DNA of 57,895 nucleotides from a virus (Duplodnaviria; Caudoviricetes): IMG/VR virus record IMGVR_UViG_3300020198_000018, positions 1 to 57,895 of that record; one strand, 5' to 3'. Shown piece by piece: positions 19,588 to 28,192 of this stretch (position 1 is its first letter; each line of letters starts with the position of its first letter). The notes under the pieces were generated by a model. It saw only the letters and a program-made list of their open reading frames with translations, ran no database searches and was not told where the DNA came from. The position numbers and the translations under genes were made by a program.

Positions 19588-19686
19588 TTAATACCCCTGC
19601 AGAGAGTCATACAACTCCCCAATTGTGATTTGAAAAATATTGCCGTCTGTATCTTGTACTGTTATACCATTATGATGCGCCAGACA
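19246..19686 (-). mobile_element. TerL split intein 3 (IntN 32 aa at 19591-19686; IntC 114 aa at 19246-19587)
   Basis: RREFN|CLAHHNG...* then MNPIFKTN...CTPNH...VYDLIEV...SSN|CEFL; halves are in frame and joined by TAA-ATG. Confidence 0.88.
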
Positions 19687-20328
19687 ATTAAATTCGCGAC
19701 GGAACCTTTCAACCCCTATCCGACCGATTTCTTCTTTTTTCCAGTTTTCATCACGGTCTGGGTGTTCCCACCAGTCTGATTTAAAACTATAGAATCCATT
19801 TCTTCCTATACCATCCGTACGTTCATTTCCATATTCATCGAATATATCTTTACTTTCTTTCCATATAAGAGCAAATTGGTCTTCATCTGAATTGGGGGTT
19901 GATGTGATAATAGCGCGACCACCCGTCGCTAATGTCGGGGAGATAGATGTCCAAAATTCATTTGCAATATTTGGCTGCACATAGCTGAACTCATCGCAAT
20001 TTTTTGTTATAATACAAGAGTTTACAATATATTGATGGTGTGGCTGGGCCACTTCTACAATATCATACACATCAGTTTCTTTAAACATCGTTATTGATAT
20101 TATCTGCAAACTTCCGTTTGTAGTGTCGACATAATCACCAATTGCTAAATTTGATAATTTAATTTTATTATTATTGTTAAAAAAGTAATGCCCGGGGGTA
20201 GCATTAATTACACCCCCATTTTCTAATGTTAATTTATAAGTAACTTTATTTTTAAGTTGTGTTATACCCCGGAAATCTCTCCATCCATCTGGGGTTAGAA
20301 TTTCATATTCAGTGTTTTCAACAAACAT
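19588..20328 (-). CDS. terL: Terminase large subunit fragment 3: IntC2 (110 aa) + extein (104 aa) + IntN3 (32 aa)
   Basis: ...IITKN|CDEFSYV (Walker B), ITSTPN coupling motif, RREFN|C. Confidence 0.92.
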   Translation of the reverse strand: MFVENTEYEILTPDGWRDFRGITQLKNKVTYKLTLENGGVINATPGHYFFNNNNKIKLSNLAIGDYVDTTNGSLQIISITMFKETDVYDIVEVAQPHHQYIVNSCIITKNCDEFSYVQPNIANEFWTSISPTLATGGRAIITSTPNSDEDQFALIWKESKDIFDEYGNERTDGIGRNGFYSFKSDWWEHPDRDENWKKEEIGRIGVERFRREFNCLAHHNGITVQDTDGNIFQITIGELYDSLQGY

Positions 20329-21387
20329 AGTATATCCTCAACATCCTGTTTATATGTGTTTTCCCACACATAATAAGTCACAAATCCGCGATGCTTATGT
20401 AGTATTCGTGCTTTGTTATAATCATATTCTAATACTTCGGCGGCAGTTTTTGTTTTACCGCGTGGTGGTTTCCATGTGTCCCACAAATTATCAGGCATAG
20501 CTGGATCAGCATGCCAAGCATTTGATTGATACTCAATGGTTGCATTAATACTGGGAATTGTTAAATCCCAAAAATAATGATTACCAGTATCCGGGTCTTT
20601 AAAGCAATATTCTTGTTTATCAAAATAAAAAATTACGTTATGCTCAGACAACAGATTTATGATAGGTGTTAAAGCTTTAATTGACGCCTTACTTGCACCA
20701 CCCGTCCCAGATATGTTGTTTTTCATAAGGGTTGCTTTTTGTTTTACATGGGCATTTTGTTCAATAGTTAATCCATTTGGCAATACCGTAGTTAATCGAT
20801 AATTGGCTTGTCTACGGTACCCATTTCTTCCCAATTCATCAACCTTATTCATATGGGTGTTTCTGGTTTTTTCACCTTTACGTTTATACCCAGATTTTCC
20901 GGTATGGTCTACTTGTCGTAATGTAGCACGGGCTTTTATTTGTGCGGTTTCATATTTTGACATTCCTGTTGCTTCATCGAGCACTGCTAATCCATTTTTT
21001 ATATTGGTGAGAAAGGCAGGGGACATTCCACGAACTCCTGGATACAAGTTGTCATATTCATCAACAGTCATTTCAAGAATTTTTATAATGTATGTTGTTT
21101 TTATCACCAGCAATCGTTCATTACTAACAGGGCAAGTAATGAAATCAACATTATCTACCAATCCAGGTAGATATAAATGTGCATTTCGCCGTCTATTTCG
21201 CTTAATAAATGTTTCTAATTTAGTTTTCATAAAAATATTTATACTAAAGTAAATTCATCGTGCGACATTATGAAATTACTCGCAATGGATTTAGTAGTTT
21301 AATATAAAGATCTTTTAAGCATATATCTTCTTCCACAAGGGTGGCTTTATTTCTAATTTTGACAAATGATGTTTCGCCATCTAAACA
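19999..21387 (-). mobile_element. TerL split intein 2 with nested endonuclease (IntN 39 aa at 21271-21387; IntC 110 aa at 19999-20328)
   Basis: SISLLY|CLDGETSFV...* and MFVENTEY...ATPGH...TKN|CDEF; splicing restores Walker B LLYCDEF. Confidence 0.88.
20295..21230 (-). CDS. Free-standing Vsr/EDxHD-like putative homing endonuclease
   Basis: FWDLTI...TIEYQSNAWH...YDYNK...YYVWE; TATAAATA at 21243-36 lies just upstream of the ATG. Confidence 0.75.
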   Translation of the reverse strand: MKTKLETFIKRNRRRNAHLYLPGLVDNVDFITCPVSNERLLVIKTTYIIKILEMTVDEYDNLYPGVRGMSPAFLTNIKNGLAVLDEATGMSKYETAQIKARATLRQVDHTGKSGYKRKGEKTRNTHMNKVDELGRNGYRRQANYRLTTVLPNGLTIEQNAHVKQKATLMKNNISGTGGASKASIKALTPIINLLSEHNVIFYFDKQEYCFKDPDTGNHYFWDLTIPSINATIEYQSNAWHADPAMPDNLWDTWKPPRGKTKTAAEVLEYDYNKARILHKHRGFVTYYVWENTYKQDVEDILCLLKTLNMKF

Positions 21388-22017
21388 ATATAATAATGAT
21401 ATTGAAAGACCACGCCCTGTTGTACCGGTAGTTGTTTGACTTATGATGCGTGAGCCGTTATCAAATTCCATGCTACCTTTATTATAACTGACTACCCCAG
21501 CACGTAGGAAATCAGGACATAATTCATAACCATATCTAATCCGTTGCATGATTTCTTGTGCGCCGGTAAATTTATGTGCTGCGACCAAGATAGTTTGGTC
21601 TGGGTGGAACATTGCATACCAAAGTAAATATGCTGATGCGCAGGTGGTATTATGGCTTAGTATATCGTTTGAGTAAAACCTATGATTACTCGAATCAACT
21701 TCAATATCATACATATTATCAGTATCCAATGTATTAATTACCGAAATAACTTTAGCCGTGCCGTGTTTTGTAATAATCTCATCGTTTAACTGCAAATCTT
21801 TTACAAATACTTCGGTATAATCTTTACGAAATACTATGTGGTCATCTGCACATTCTAAAAATTGTCCATTATCGAGTTCTAATCTCCAAATTTCATATTC
21901 TATAGTCTGTTTTACATCAACCATAGATTCCCACCCAGTATCAGTTTCTATTAACCACTCAGATGCATCGTATATTTGAGTAAATTTTCGATTTATTGTT
22001 TCAGAAAGTTTAAGCAT
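21268..22017 (-). CDS. terL: Terminase large subunit fragment 2: IntC1 (123 aa) + extein (87 aa) + IntN2 (39 aa)
   Basis: ...DILSHN|TTCASAYLLW...FDNGSRI...GRGLSISLLY|C. Confidence 0.92.
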   Translation of the reverse strand: MLKLSETINRKFTQIYDASEWLIETDTGWESMVDVKQTIEYEIWRLELDNGQFLECADDHIVFRKDYTEVFVKDLQLNDEIITKHGTAKVISVINTLDTDNMYDIEVDSSNHRFYSNDILSHNTTCASAYLLWYAMFHPDQTILVAAHKFTGAQEIMQRIRYGYELCPDFLRAGVVSYNKGSMEFDNGSRIISQTTTGTTGRGLSISLLYCLDGETSFVKIRNKATLVEEDICLKDLYIKLLNPLRVIS

Positions 22018-23223
22018 TGTTGTATTGCCTGTTGTTTATTGTTTTTGTATTCGTATTCATTAACATGAATAATGTCATATCCGGCCTGTTTAATGATATT
22101 GTCTCTTAATAGTTCTCGTGCAGGGTTGGTTTTTGCAGGAGAATGCCAATAGTCTCCATCAAATTCTATAACCTTTTTAAGATTAGTATCGATAAAATCT
22201 GGTCTAACATACGTGTTAGCAAGCTCTAAAGTATATTCTTTATTTTTATATGATGTCATATCTTCTCGCAAAAATGTTGCATAATACACATTTGTACAAT
22301 CAATATGTGTAGCTATTTCAGCAAATAATTCTTGTGATATTTTTGAATAGCTAGCTTTTTTAAATGTTTTACTCCATTTTTTTATTTTTTCTTTATGTTT
22401 ATTAATACCATCAATTTCGCCATACTTTTCTATAAACCAATTTATATCTCTAGTTTGTGATTTTGTATATAACTCTTTTGCTACTACTTCATCACCATCA
22501 GCAATATTTAACCAATACGATAATTTAAAAATGCTATTGTCATAATTTTTCATAAATTTAGAATGATTTGTTTTATGTTCAGCATGTCGCTCTTTATCAT
22601 ACCCATGAATAAAATTTTTACTCCATGCCGAATATTTTCCATTATGGTGATACGCAGGGTTATTTTTACCCTGACGTATTTTACAATGCTTAATAGGTTT
22701 TAATTTATCTACATTATATTTCAATTTATATTCGGCAGATGTAACATCATGGATCATAATATGAGTACCTAAATCACCTGTCTTAGCTCCGCATATTTCA
22801 CATACTTGATAATCATATCCTTCTATTTTATCTTTAAACTTCTTTTCGCCTGCAGCTATGCATTTTTTTAATTCATACTCATGTTTATCAATTTTTGAGT
22901 CTAATCTTACTGTTTGATAACATTTATTAGAACAATAATCTTTTGTATAATCGCCATGAATCTTTCCACAAGATTTACACTTGCAATCTGTTTGATTAAC
23001 AATAGCATATATTCTTTTTGAAAAAGAAACATTAAGAGGAAATGTATTAGTTATTTCATAAACTTCATTACGTATCCCCTTTGCAATAACATTATGTTGA
23101 ATGCTGTACTTGCTACTTGATGCTATTATTTCGCTGCATTTCAAAAAAATCGCCGATTGGTATATCATATTCTTCACCTGTGTCTTTATGTTTGATACGT
23201 ATATTTATCTCTTTCGTCAAACA
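21649..23223 (-). mobile_element. TerL split intein 1 with nested endonuclease (IntN 36 aa at 23116-23223; IntC 123 aa at 21649-22017)
   Basis: PRQSGK|CLTKEINIRI...* and MLKLSET...CADDH...MYDIEV...SHN|TT; splicing restores Walker A PRQSGKTT. Confidence 0.9.
21993..23177 (-). CDS. Free-standing Vsr/EDxHD-like putative homing endonuclease with Zn fingers
   Basis: CKSC, CSNKC, CEIC...H; C-terminal RPDF...VIEFDGDYWH...RD...IHVNE; overlaps both intein halves; start GTG 23177 or ATG 23168. Confidence 0.8.
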   Translation of the reverse strand: MKNMIYQSAIFLKCSEIIASSSKYSIQHNVIAKGIRNEVYEITNTFPLNVSFSKRIYAIVNQTDCKCKSCGKIHGDYTKDYCSNKCYQTVRLDSKIDKHEYELKKCIAAGEKKFKDKIEGYDYQVCEICGAKTGDLGTHIMIHDVTSAEYKLKYNVDKLKPIKHCKIRQGKNNPAYHHNGKYSAWSKNFIHGYDKERHAEHKTNHSKFMKNYDNSIFKLSYWLNIADGDEVVAKELYTKSQTRDINWFIEKYGEIDGINKHKEKIKKWSKTFKKASYSKISQELFAEIATHIDCTNVYYATFLREDMTSYKNKEYTLELANTYVRPDFIDTNLKKVIEFDGDYWHSPAKTNPARELLRDNIIKQAGYDIIHVNEYEYKNNKQQAIQQCLNFLKQ

Positions 23224-23481
23224 CTTCCCACTCTGTCTGGGCAGCATATTAATATTAAATCTATAGGAATGATAGCTATTTAAAAGATTTAGTTGATATT
23301 CGAACGGGTCAAATAATAATTTTCCCTTAACTGGGTGTTGAATGTGAAAAAAGTTTTTAGCAAAATATAAGTATCCAAATTCTGGATCCATACAAGAAAT
23401 CATGTCTTGTATTTGCTGTTCAGTCCACTGTTGTTTTATGTGTGCTCTCTTAGTTAGAGCATTATCTACGTTTCTAGCCAT
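23113..23481 (-). CDS. terL: Terminase large subunit fragment 1: extein (86 aa) + IntN1 (36 aa)
   Basis: gp17-like N-terminus (YFAKNF, FEYQ) up to LPRQSGK. Confidence 0.92.
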   Translation of the reverse strand: MARNVDNALTKRAHIKQQWTEQQIQDMISCMDPEFGYLYFAKNFFHIQHPVKGKLLFDPFEYQLNLLNSYHSYRFNINMLPRQSGKCLTKEINIRIKHKDTGEEYDIPIGDFFEMQRNNSIK

Positions 23482-23495
23482 AACAGTATTTACAT

Positions 23496-23523
23496 AAAAA
23501 AACGGGCATATAACCCGTTTTTT
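23496..23523. terminator. Intrinsic terminator (bidirectional form)
   Basis: AAAAAAACGGG-catataa-CCCGTTTTTT. Confidence 0.7.
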
Positions 23524-23542
23524 GTAATTTTATTATTTTTTA

Positions 23543-24499
23543 CTAGTAAGAGTAAGGACCATCATACTTCCAATAGCGTTTATAGTCATCATCATAATTG
23601 TCTAAATCATTTTTTTCGATCTGCCAATAGCGTTTATAGTCATCATCATAATTGTCTAAATCATTTTTTTCGATCCACGCCCAAATCGGGTTTTTCAAAT
23701 ATTCTTTAAATTTAGTCACATCAACCATTTCATTTTTTTCTTCGTCATAAGATTCAACTTTATGAAGTTCTAAATTACCATGTTCGTTAAATTCATATGT
23801 TACACTTAAAAATCCAGACGGTACAACTTGTTCTAAGTTTGATGGTAGATCAATTTCCACTTCGTCGACAGTTCTTGTTATACCATATGCTTCAACGTCA
23901 TCGTCATCGCCATACGGTGTTCTACCTCCCCATGTAGCTTCGTCTCCATAACCAGGTAGATTGCGGGTTTCATTCAATGTCTTGGTTTTTATGGTTTCAT
24001 AAAGTTCTGATAAATGTTTTATCAAGCTCGCATCTACATTCCAAGGATTTTCTCCACCGTTTGCTTTTAATGCCCCTTTACCTTTACTAGATAAATCGTC
24101 ACCTGTTGCGATAACGGCGTCGATTGCATATTTCATTGGATCTATTTTATCGGCGGTTGAATTAGCAAAACTATCGTCAATGATTTCATCGGATGGATCC
24201 ATGTCAATACTCGATGGTTCTAACTCATGCATGGTGCTAGTATCAATAATCATTGGTTCTGAATCAGTACGTGGCTCACCAACAATAATTTTTGCATCTC
24301 CTTGACCAGTTGTTTCAATATTACGTAAAATGTCCATTAAATCACGGATACCACCAGAACCTTGACCATTAAAAGATATATTCATATTTACCGAATCAGG
24401 TTGTGTATGTTCTGCTGGGCCAGTATTGTCGCACGAACATTCATTAACTACCCCGGAATCGATATTAGATATTTTTTTATATAAATTATTAAAATTCAT
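23543..24499 (-). CDS. Acidic hypothetical protein
   Basis: 318-aa ORF with SD; tandem duplication at the C-terminus. Confidence 0.7.
   Translation of the reverse strand: MNFNNLYKKISNIDSGVVNECSCDNTGPAEHTQPDSVNMNISFNGQGSGGIRDLMDILRNIETTGQGDAKIIVGEPRTDSEPMIIDTSTMHELEPSSIDMDPSDEIIDDSFANSTADKIDPMKYAIDAVIATGDDLSSKGKGALKANGGENPWNVDASLIKHLSELYETIKTKTLNETRNLPGYGDEATWGGRTPYGDDDDVEAYGITRTVDEVEIDLPSNLEQVVPSGFLSVTYEFNEHGNLELHKVESYDEEKNEMVDVTKFKEYLKNPIWAWIEKNDLDNYDDDYKRYWQIEKNDLDNYDDDYKRYWKYDGPYSY
23570..23675. repeat. Perfect tandem duplication (52 bp identical, 54-bp period)
   Basis: Encodes IEKNDLDNYDDDYKRYW twice, in frame. Confidence 0.9.
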
Positions 24500-24568
24500 C
24501 TTATTTTCCTATTTTTGTTTGTTATTGATGGGTGGTTGAACCAATAGTACTTTTAGTTCCATTTTTTA

Positions 24569-25117
24569 TCATCCGTTGGAGCATGACTTTTTTTCGACTG
24601 GTACTTTTTCAGCCAATATTTTATCGTTAACTCCTTTATACTGTTCACCAGCATGTTTAGTTTTATTTAATTCTTTAAGTAAATTCATAACGTGCGTATC
24701 ACCGACCAGGTCTTGATTATTTTCTTTATCATAATCAGTTCCTAACAATGATTTGCCAGTTTTTTCATCGTGTTGATGGTTAAGTTCATTTTCATTTTCA
24801 TCAGCCAATGACCGAATTCTTATGCAGTCATGTGGTAAGTTCAATGCGGCTGCTACCAAACTTTGTATTTCAATATTTGTTGCCGGGTATAATAATTCAG
24901 CATCAAAAATTGTAACTCTAACATTTGTGTGTAATGGGAACTCTATTTGTTTTTCTTGAATTGGCGTTTCTTTGCCGTTCGAAATAGAGTCAACATTAAA
25001 TTTGTCCAATGCTACTTTTAATTTATCAGATGTGTCGTTGGCGTATTCACCAACGAGCTTAATTTTAAACTTATACGTTTGTTTTGATTCGATTAAATAT
25101 TCTTTAAATGATTTCAT
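24569..25117 (-). CDS. Hypothetical late protein
   Basis: MKSFKEYLIES start; ATAAATA upstream at 25143-37. Confidence 0.7.
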   Translation of the reverse strand: MKSFKEYLIESKQTYKFKIKLVGEYANDTSDKLKVALDKFNVDSISNGKETPIQEKQIEFPLHTNVRVTIFDAELLYPATNIEIQSLVAAALNLPHDCIRIRSLADENENELNHQHDEKTGKSLLGTDYDKENNQDLVGDTHVMNLLKELNKTKHAGEQYKGVNDKILAEKVPVEKKSCSNG

Positions 25118-25139
25118 ATGTGTAATCCCAATAGTGTAT

Positions 25140-25622
25140 TTATTTCATATTCTTTAATTTCTCAAGAATGCTATTACGATCTGCAACAACAAATCCTTCA
25201 CCTTGAATATTAAGACCTTTATCGTCTGAATTTATATCATTATCTATCTTCTGTTTTTTGAGTTGAAGTTCGATAACTTTTAGTTTTTTATCAATTTTTG
25301 CTGATTTAGCATCGATTGCATTTTTAAGCATTCCACCAGCCACCTCAAAAATTCTGGCCGAGTATCTTGCTTCAACATTCATACCCAAATCCATAAGGTC
25401 ATCGTATGCATCAGTTGCACGTCGGGCCAATGCATCAAGTTCATCGTCACTTACATCTCCCAACCCAGTGACTTTAGGTAAGGCGGCTGATATTTTGTCA
25501 AAATCGTCCATACTCCTAAAGTTCCGAGGGGTAACATTAGTTGATTTCTTTTTTACAGGTTCTTGCTTAACTATTACATTACTCTCTGGTAAATTCAGTA
25601 TTTCTTCCAGTTTCCGAGTCAT
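25140..25622 (-). CDS. Probable terminase small subunit (gp16-like)
   Basis: Helical core LMDLGMNVEARYSARIFEVAGGML resembles gp16; TATAAATA upstream; near terL. Confidence 0.6.
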   Translation of the reverse strand: MTRKLEEILNLPESNVIVKQEPVKKKSTNVTPRNFRSMDDFDKISAALPKVTGLGDVSDDELDALARRATDAYDDLMDLGMNVEARYSARIFEVAGGMLKNAIDAKSAKIDKKLKVIELQLKKQKIDNDINSDDKGLNIQGEGFVVADRNSILEKLKNMK

Positions 25623-25683
25623 TTTAATTCCTTTGATTTACAATAGTTGTATTTATATTGTTTATCAATGGAGTATAGTATGT

Positions 25684-26121
25684 TTAGCGTGACCCAGTAT
25701 GAAATAAATCATTTTCAGTAAGAACTCTAAATTTTATACCTTGCTGTTTACACCAAAGTTGGGCAGCTTGCCATTTTGCCTGATTTTTAATGAATTGTTT
25801 TTGATTGTGTACACTTTTTCCAGTACGTTCCAATAATGTTTGACTGGCTGGTTTAATTTCGATTAATTCAACATTAAGCTTGTTATTTTTATCCAAGTAT
25901 TGGATAAAAAAGTCTGGGACATAAATTGTTTGGCGGCCTGTTAATGGGTCACGATATGGGATTGATATTGCTTCACTTGCCCATTTTTGTATACTTGGAC
26001 TATTATCACAAAAGTTCATAAAACTCAATTCCCACGAACTACGATACATAGGAATTTTTGTTCCAACATATTTCTCTGAGTTTTTCATATTAAATTTGCC
26101 TTTTGCAAACGAATGTGCCAT
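25684..26121 (-). CDS. Head completion nuclease (T4 gp4-like)
   Basis: YRSSWE, WASE, YVPDF, IEIKP and NQAKW motifs. Confidence 0.88.
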   Translation of the reverse strand: MAHSFAKGKFNMKNSEKYVGTKIPMYRSSWELSFMNFCDNSPSIQKWASEAISIPYRDPLTGRQTIYVPDFFIQYLDKNNKLNVELIEIKPASQTLLERTGKSVHNQKQFIKNQAKWQAAQLWCKQQGIKFRVLTENDLFHTGSR

Positions 26122-26122
26122 A

Positions 26123-26491
26123 TTATACTAAAATGTTTCTTGTTTCATATTCGTCATATGTTGATTCAATTCTATATCCAATAATACTAGTCTTTTCTCT
26201 AGATGAATTTAAAATTTGTGCTATTATGTAGTTTAATTGGACATCAGTTAATCCTTTTAATTTATCCATTACCGTTAGCACATTTATGTTATCTTCCCGT
26301 GCTTGATTTAATATAACCATTGCAATTGATTTTGCGCTTTCTGAATCAAAATCACGTTTCATGAAGAATGCCACAATTGCATCTATATGTTGTACTGGAA
26401 AACTCACTTTTTTTGAATAGAATTTATCAAAAAATTCCCTAACTTCAATTGATGAATCAGTAGTTGGTTGTTTTGGTAAATTTAATGTCAT
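26123..26491 (-). CDS. Hypothetical protein
   Basis: 122-aa ORF coupled to its neighbours. Confidence 0.65.
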   Translation of the reverse strand: MTLNLPKQPTTDSSIEVREFFDKFYSKKVSFPVQHIDAIVAFFMKRDFDSESAKSIAMVILNQAREDNINVLTVMDKLKGLTDVQLNYIIAQILNSSREKTSIIGYRIESTYDEYETRNILV

Positions 26492-27474
26492 GTAGTTACC
26501 CCCGATGTTGCATTTGTGTTATCACTACTAGAATTACCAGTCGGGAATGTAGTCCCATTAAGACCGCCGATGGTAGATGTGATGGAATTTTGTACAGAGA
26601 CGCCCGAACTGTCGGTACTAGTATTCTGATATGTATTAATTTGTGTTGCTTTTGTATTAGCATTACTCAACCATGCATCAACTGCCGGATTAGAAAAAGA
26701 TGCACCAAGCCATTCATTTAACCCGTCCGATTGTGGCCCGGCGGTTAACGGGGATGGGGTATTGTCATAATGTTCTTCTGCGAACCCTTCTGGTTTTTCT
26801 GTAGCAGTAATAAAGCCGGTGTCATACGAAATAGCTTCGTATCCAATAGTCATATCAAAGTCACGTACGTTCCCATCTGAATAACTAAGTTTGTTGTGAT
26901 TCCATCCAGTTATAATTGGATTTATTAATTTATAACTCACATATTCGTGTCTTGCCATTTGGTAAATTGTTATATAATTAAAAAATGGCTTATTACTACC
27001 ATTATCTAATCCATATACCCCAGTGATAAAGCTTGAATTTCTAGTTGCATTTTTTGCAAATGTACTGGTCTTCTTGGCGGTTGTTGAATCGGCATAGTAA
27101 TAACTGTAATAATTTTGCCATACCTGATTTATTAATCCCATGTTATCGTCGTGAAATTTAATACTTATATCTTTAGGGTTATGGCGATATTGAATAATTT
27201 TTTTTCTGTTGTATTGGTTAAAGGTTGTTGTTTTAATTTCAAAACTAGGCAAATCAATTGATTTAACCAACATATTAATTTCATTTTTGTATTTTTGAAC
27301 TAATTCAATGTTTTTTAACACTTCTTGATTTATATTAAATGCAACATGAAATAAAAAATTATGTTTTGGTGCAAGGCGAAATTGGTCATCAACGAATAAC
27401 CGTGAGGCGTGTTGTTGACTACGAAGTGATATATTACTATTCGATTGTAATTGATGAGGTGGTGTAAATGACAT
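26488..27474 (-). CDS. Tail-tube-like/baseplate tube initiator protein
   Basis: VKSIDLPSF, ISIKFHDD, YKLINPII tube-fold pattern; follows the tail tube gene. Confidence 0.65.
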   Translation of the reverse strand: MSFTPPHQLQSNSNISLRSQQHASRLFVDDQFRLAPKHNFLFHVAFNINQEVLKNIELVQKYKNEINMLVKSIDLPSFEIKTTTFNQYNRKKIIQYRHNPKDISIKFHDDNMGLINQVWQNYYSYYYADSTTAKKTSTFAKNATRNSSFITGVYGLDNGSNKPFFNYITIYQMARHEYVSYKLINPIITGWNHNKLSYSDGNVRDFDMTIGYEAISYDTGFITATEKPEGFAEEHYDNTPSPLTAGPQSDGLNEWLGASFSNPAVDAWLSNANTKATQINTYQNTSTDSSGVSVQNSITSTIGGLNGTTFPTGNSSSDNTNATSGVTT

Positions 27475-27509
27475 ATTATTATTTAGTATTTTAATAATAC
27501 CCGTAAAAT

Positions 27510-27536
27510 AAAAAAGCCCACCGAAGTGGGCTTTTT
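27510..27536 (-). terminator. Intrinsic terminator after the tail tube gene
   Basis: Minus strand GCCCAC-TTCG-GTGGGC-TTTTTT (UUCG tetraloop). Confidence 0.85.
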
Positions 27537-27544
27537 ATGGTTGA

Positions 27545-28174
27545 TTAAGAACCTACCGATGTTGCAATTGTACCAGGGTTTCGATTCGACGCAAAAGAGT
27601 CGGTTCCTAGTGAACCACCTTTTATTTGAACACAAGTATCTGGTTGAATTGTTAAGTCGATTGTCATTGCATCCGCGGCATTATATGCTAATGCATTATA
27701 TGAGGTGTCCGTTAGGTAACAGCCGTAACATTCCCATTTTTCTATTACACTAGTATCTTCTTTGAAACTAGCTGCGTTTCCACCATCCAACATTTCGATA
27801 ATCATCATAAACTTATAATCACCCGCAGAAGCGGCTGAACTTTGTTCAAAAAAATCAAATTGTTTTTGGTTTTGTTTACCAACTAAATCACTAACTTTAC
27901 CTGTAACATCGTCACGTAGTTTAAGCGTAATCGCGCCCCAAGTCCATTTTCCCGCATAATTAACGCGTGAATTGTATACATCAATTATTTTGTTTTCAAA
28001 TGTAATTTTTGGTCGGGATGCTTCAGCAACTTGTTTAGTAAGTTCAGTTGTATCTGCATCGATACCAAAATTACTAAAAGTAATTCTAAAACGATATTTC
28101 AATTTTGGCATTAACAGGGTCTCATTTGACCCTGCTACTGGTACCGAAAAATTGCTTAATGATGATATTGCCAT
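27545..28174 (-). CDS. Tail tube protein (gp19-like)
   Basis: PKLKYRFR, YAGKWTW, LRDD, WECYGC; directly downstream of the sheath gene. Confidence 0.85.
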   Translation of the reverse strand: MAISSLSNFSVPVAGSNETLLMPKLKYRFRITFSNFGIDADTTELTKQVAEASRPKITFENKIIDVYNSRVNYAGKWTWGAITLKLRDDVTGKVSDLVGKQNQKQFDFFEQSSAASAGDYKFMMIIEMLDGGNAASFKEDTSVIEKWECYGCYLTDTSYNALAYNAADAMTIDLTIQPDTCVQIKGGSLGTDSFASNRNPGTIATSVGS

Positions 28175-28192
28175 ATTATTATACTCCTATTA

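Noticed and set aside
19999-23223. Group I introns carrying the endonucleases
   Set aside because: The endonuclease ORFs overlap or abut the flanking coding sequence, leaving no room for a ribozyme core, and intein motifs explain the junctions
18490-23481. Fragmentation of terL/uvsX/uvsW by stop-codon reassignment or pseudogenisation
   Set aside because: Breaks fall at Cys1 and Asn|Cys/Ser/Thr intein boundaries with complete catalytic motifs, and the fragments end in TAA, the normal stop of the other genes
23570-23675. CRISPR array
   Set aside because: Only two adjacent units with no spacer, inside a CDS; no cas genes
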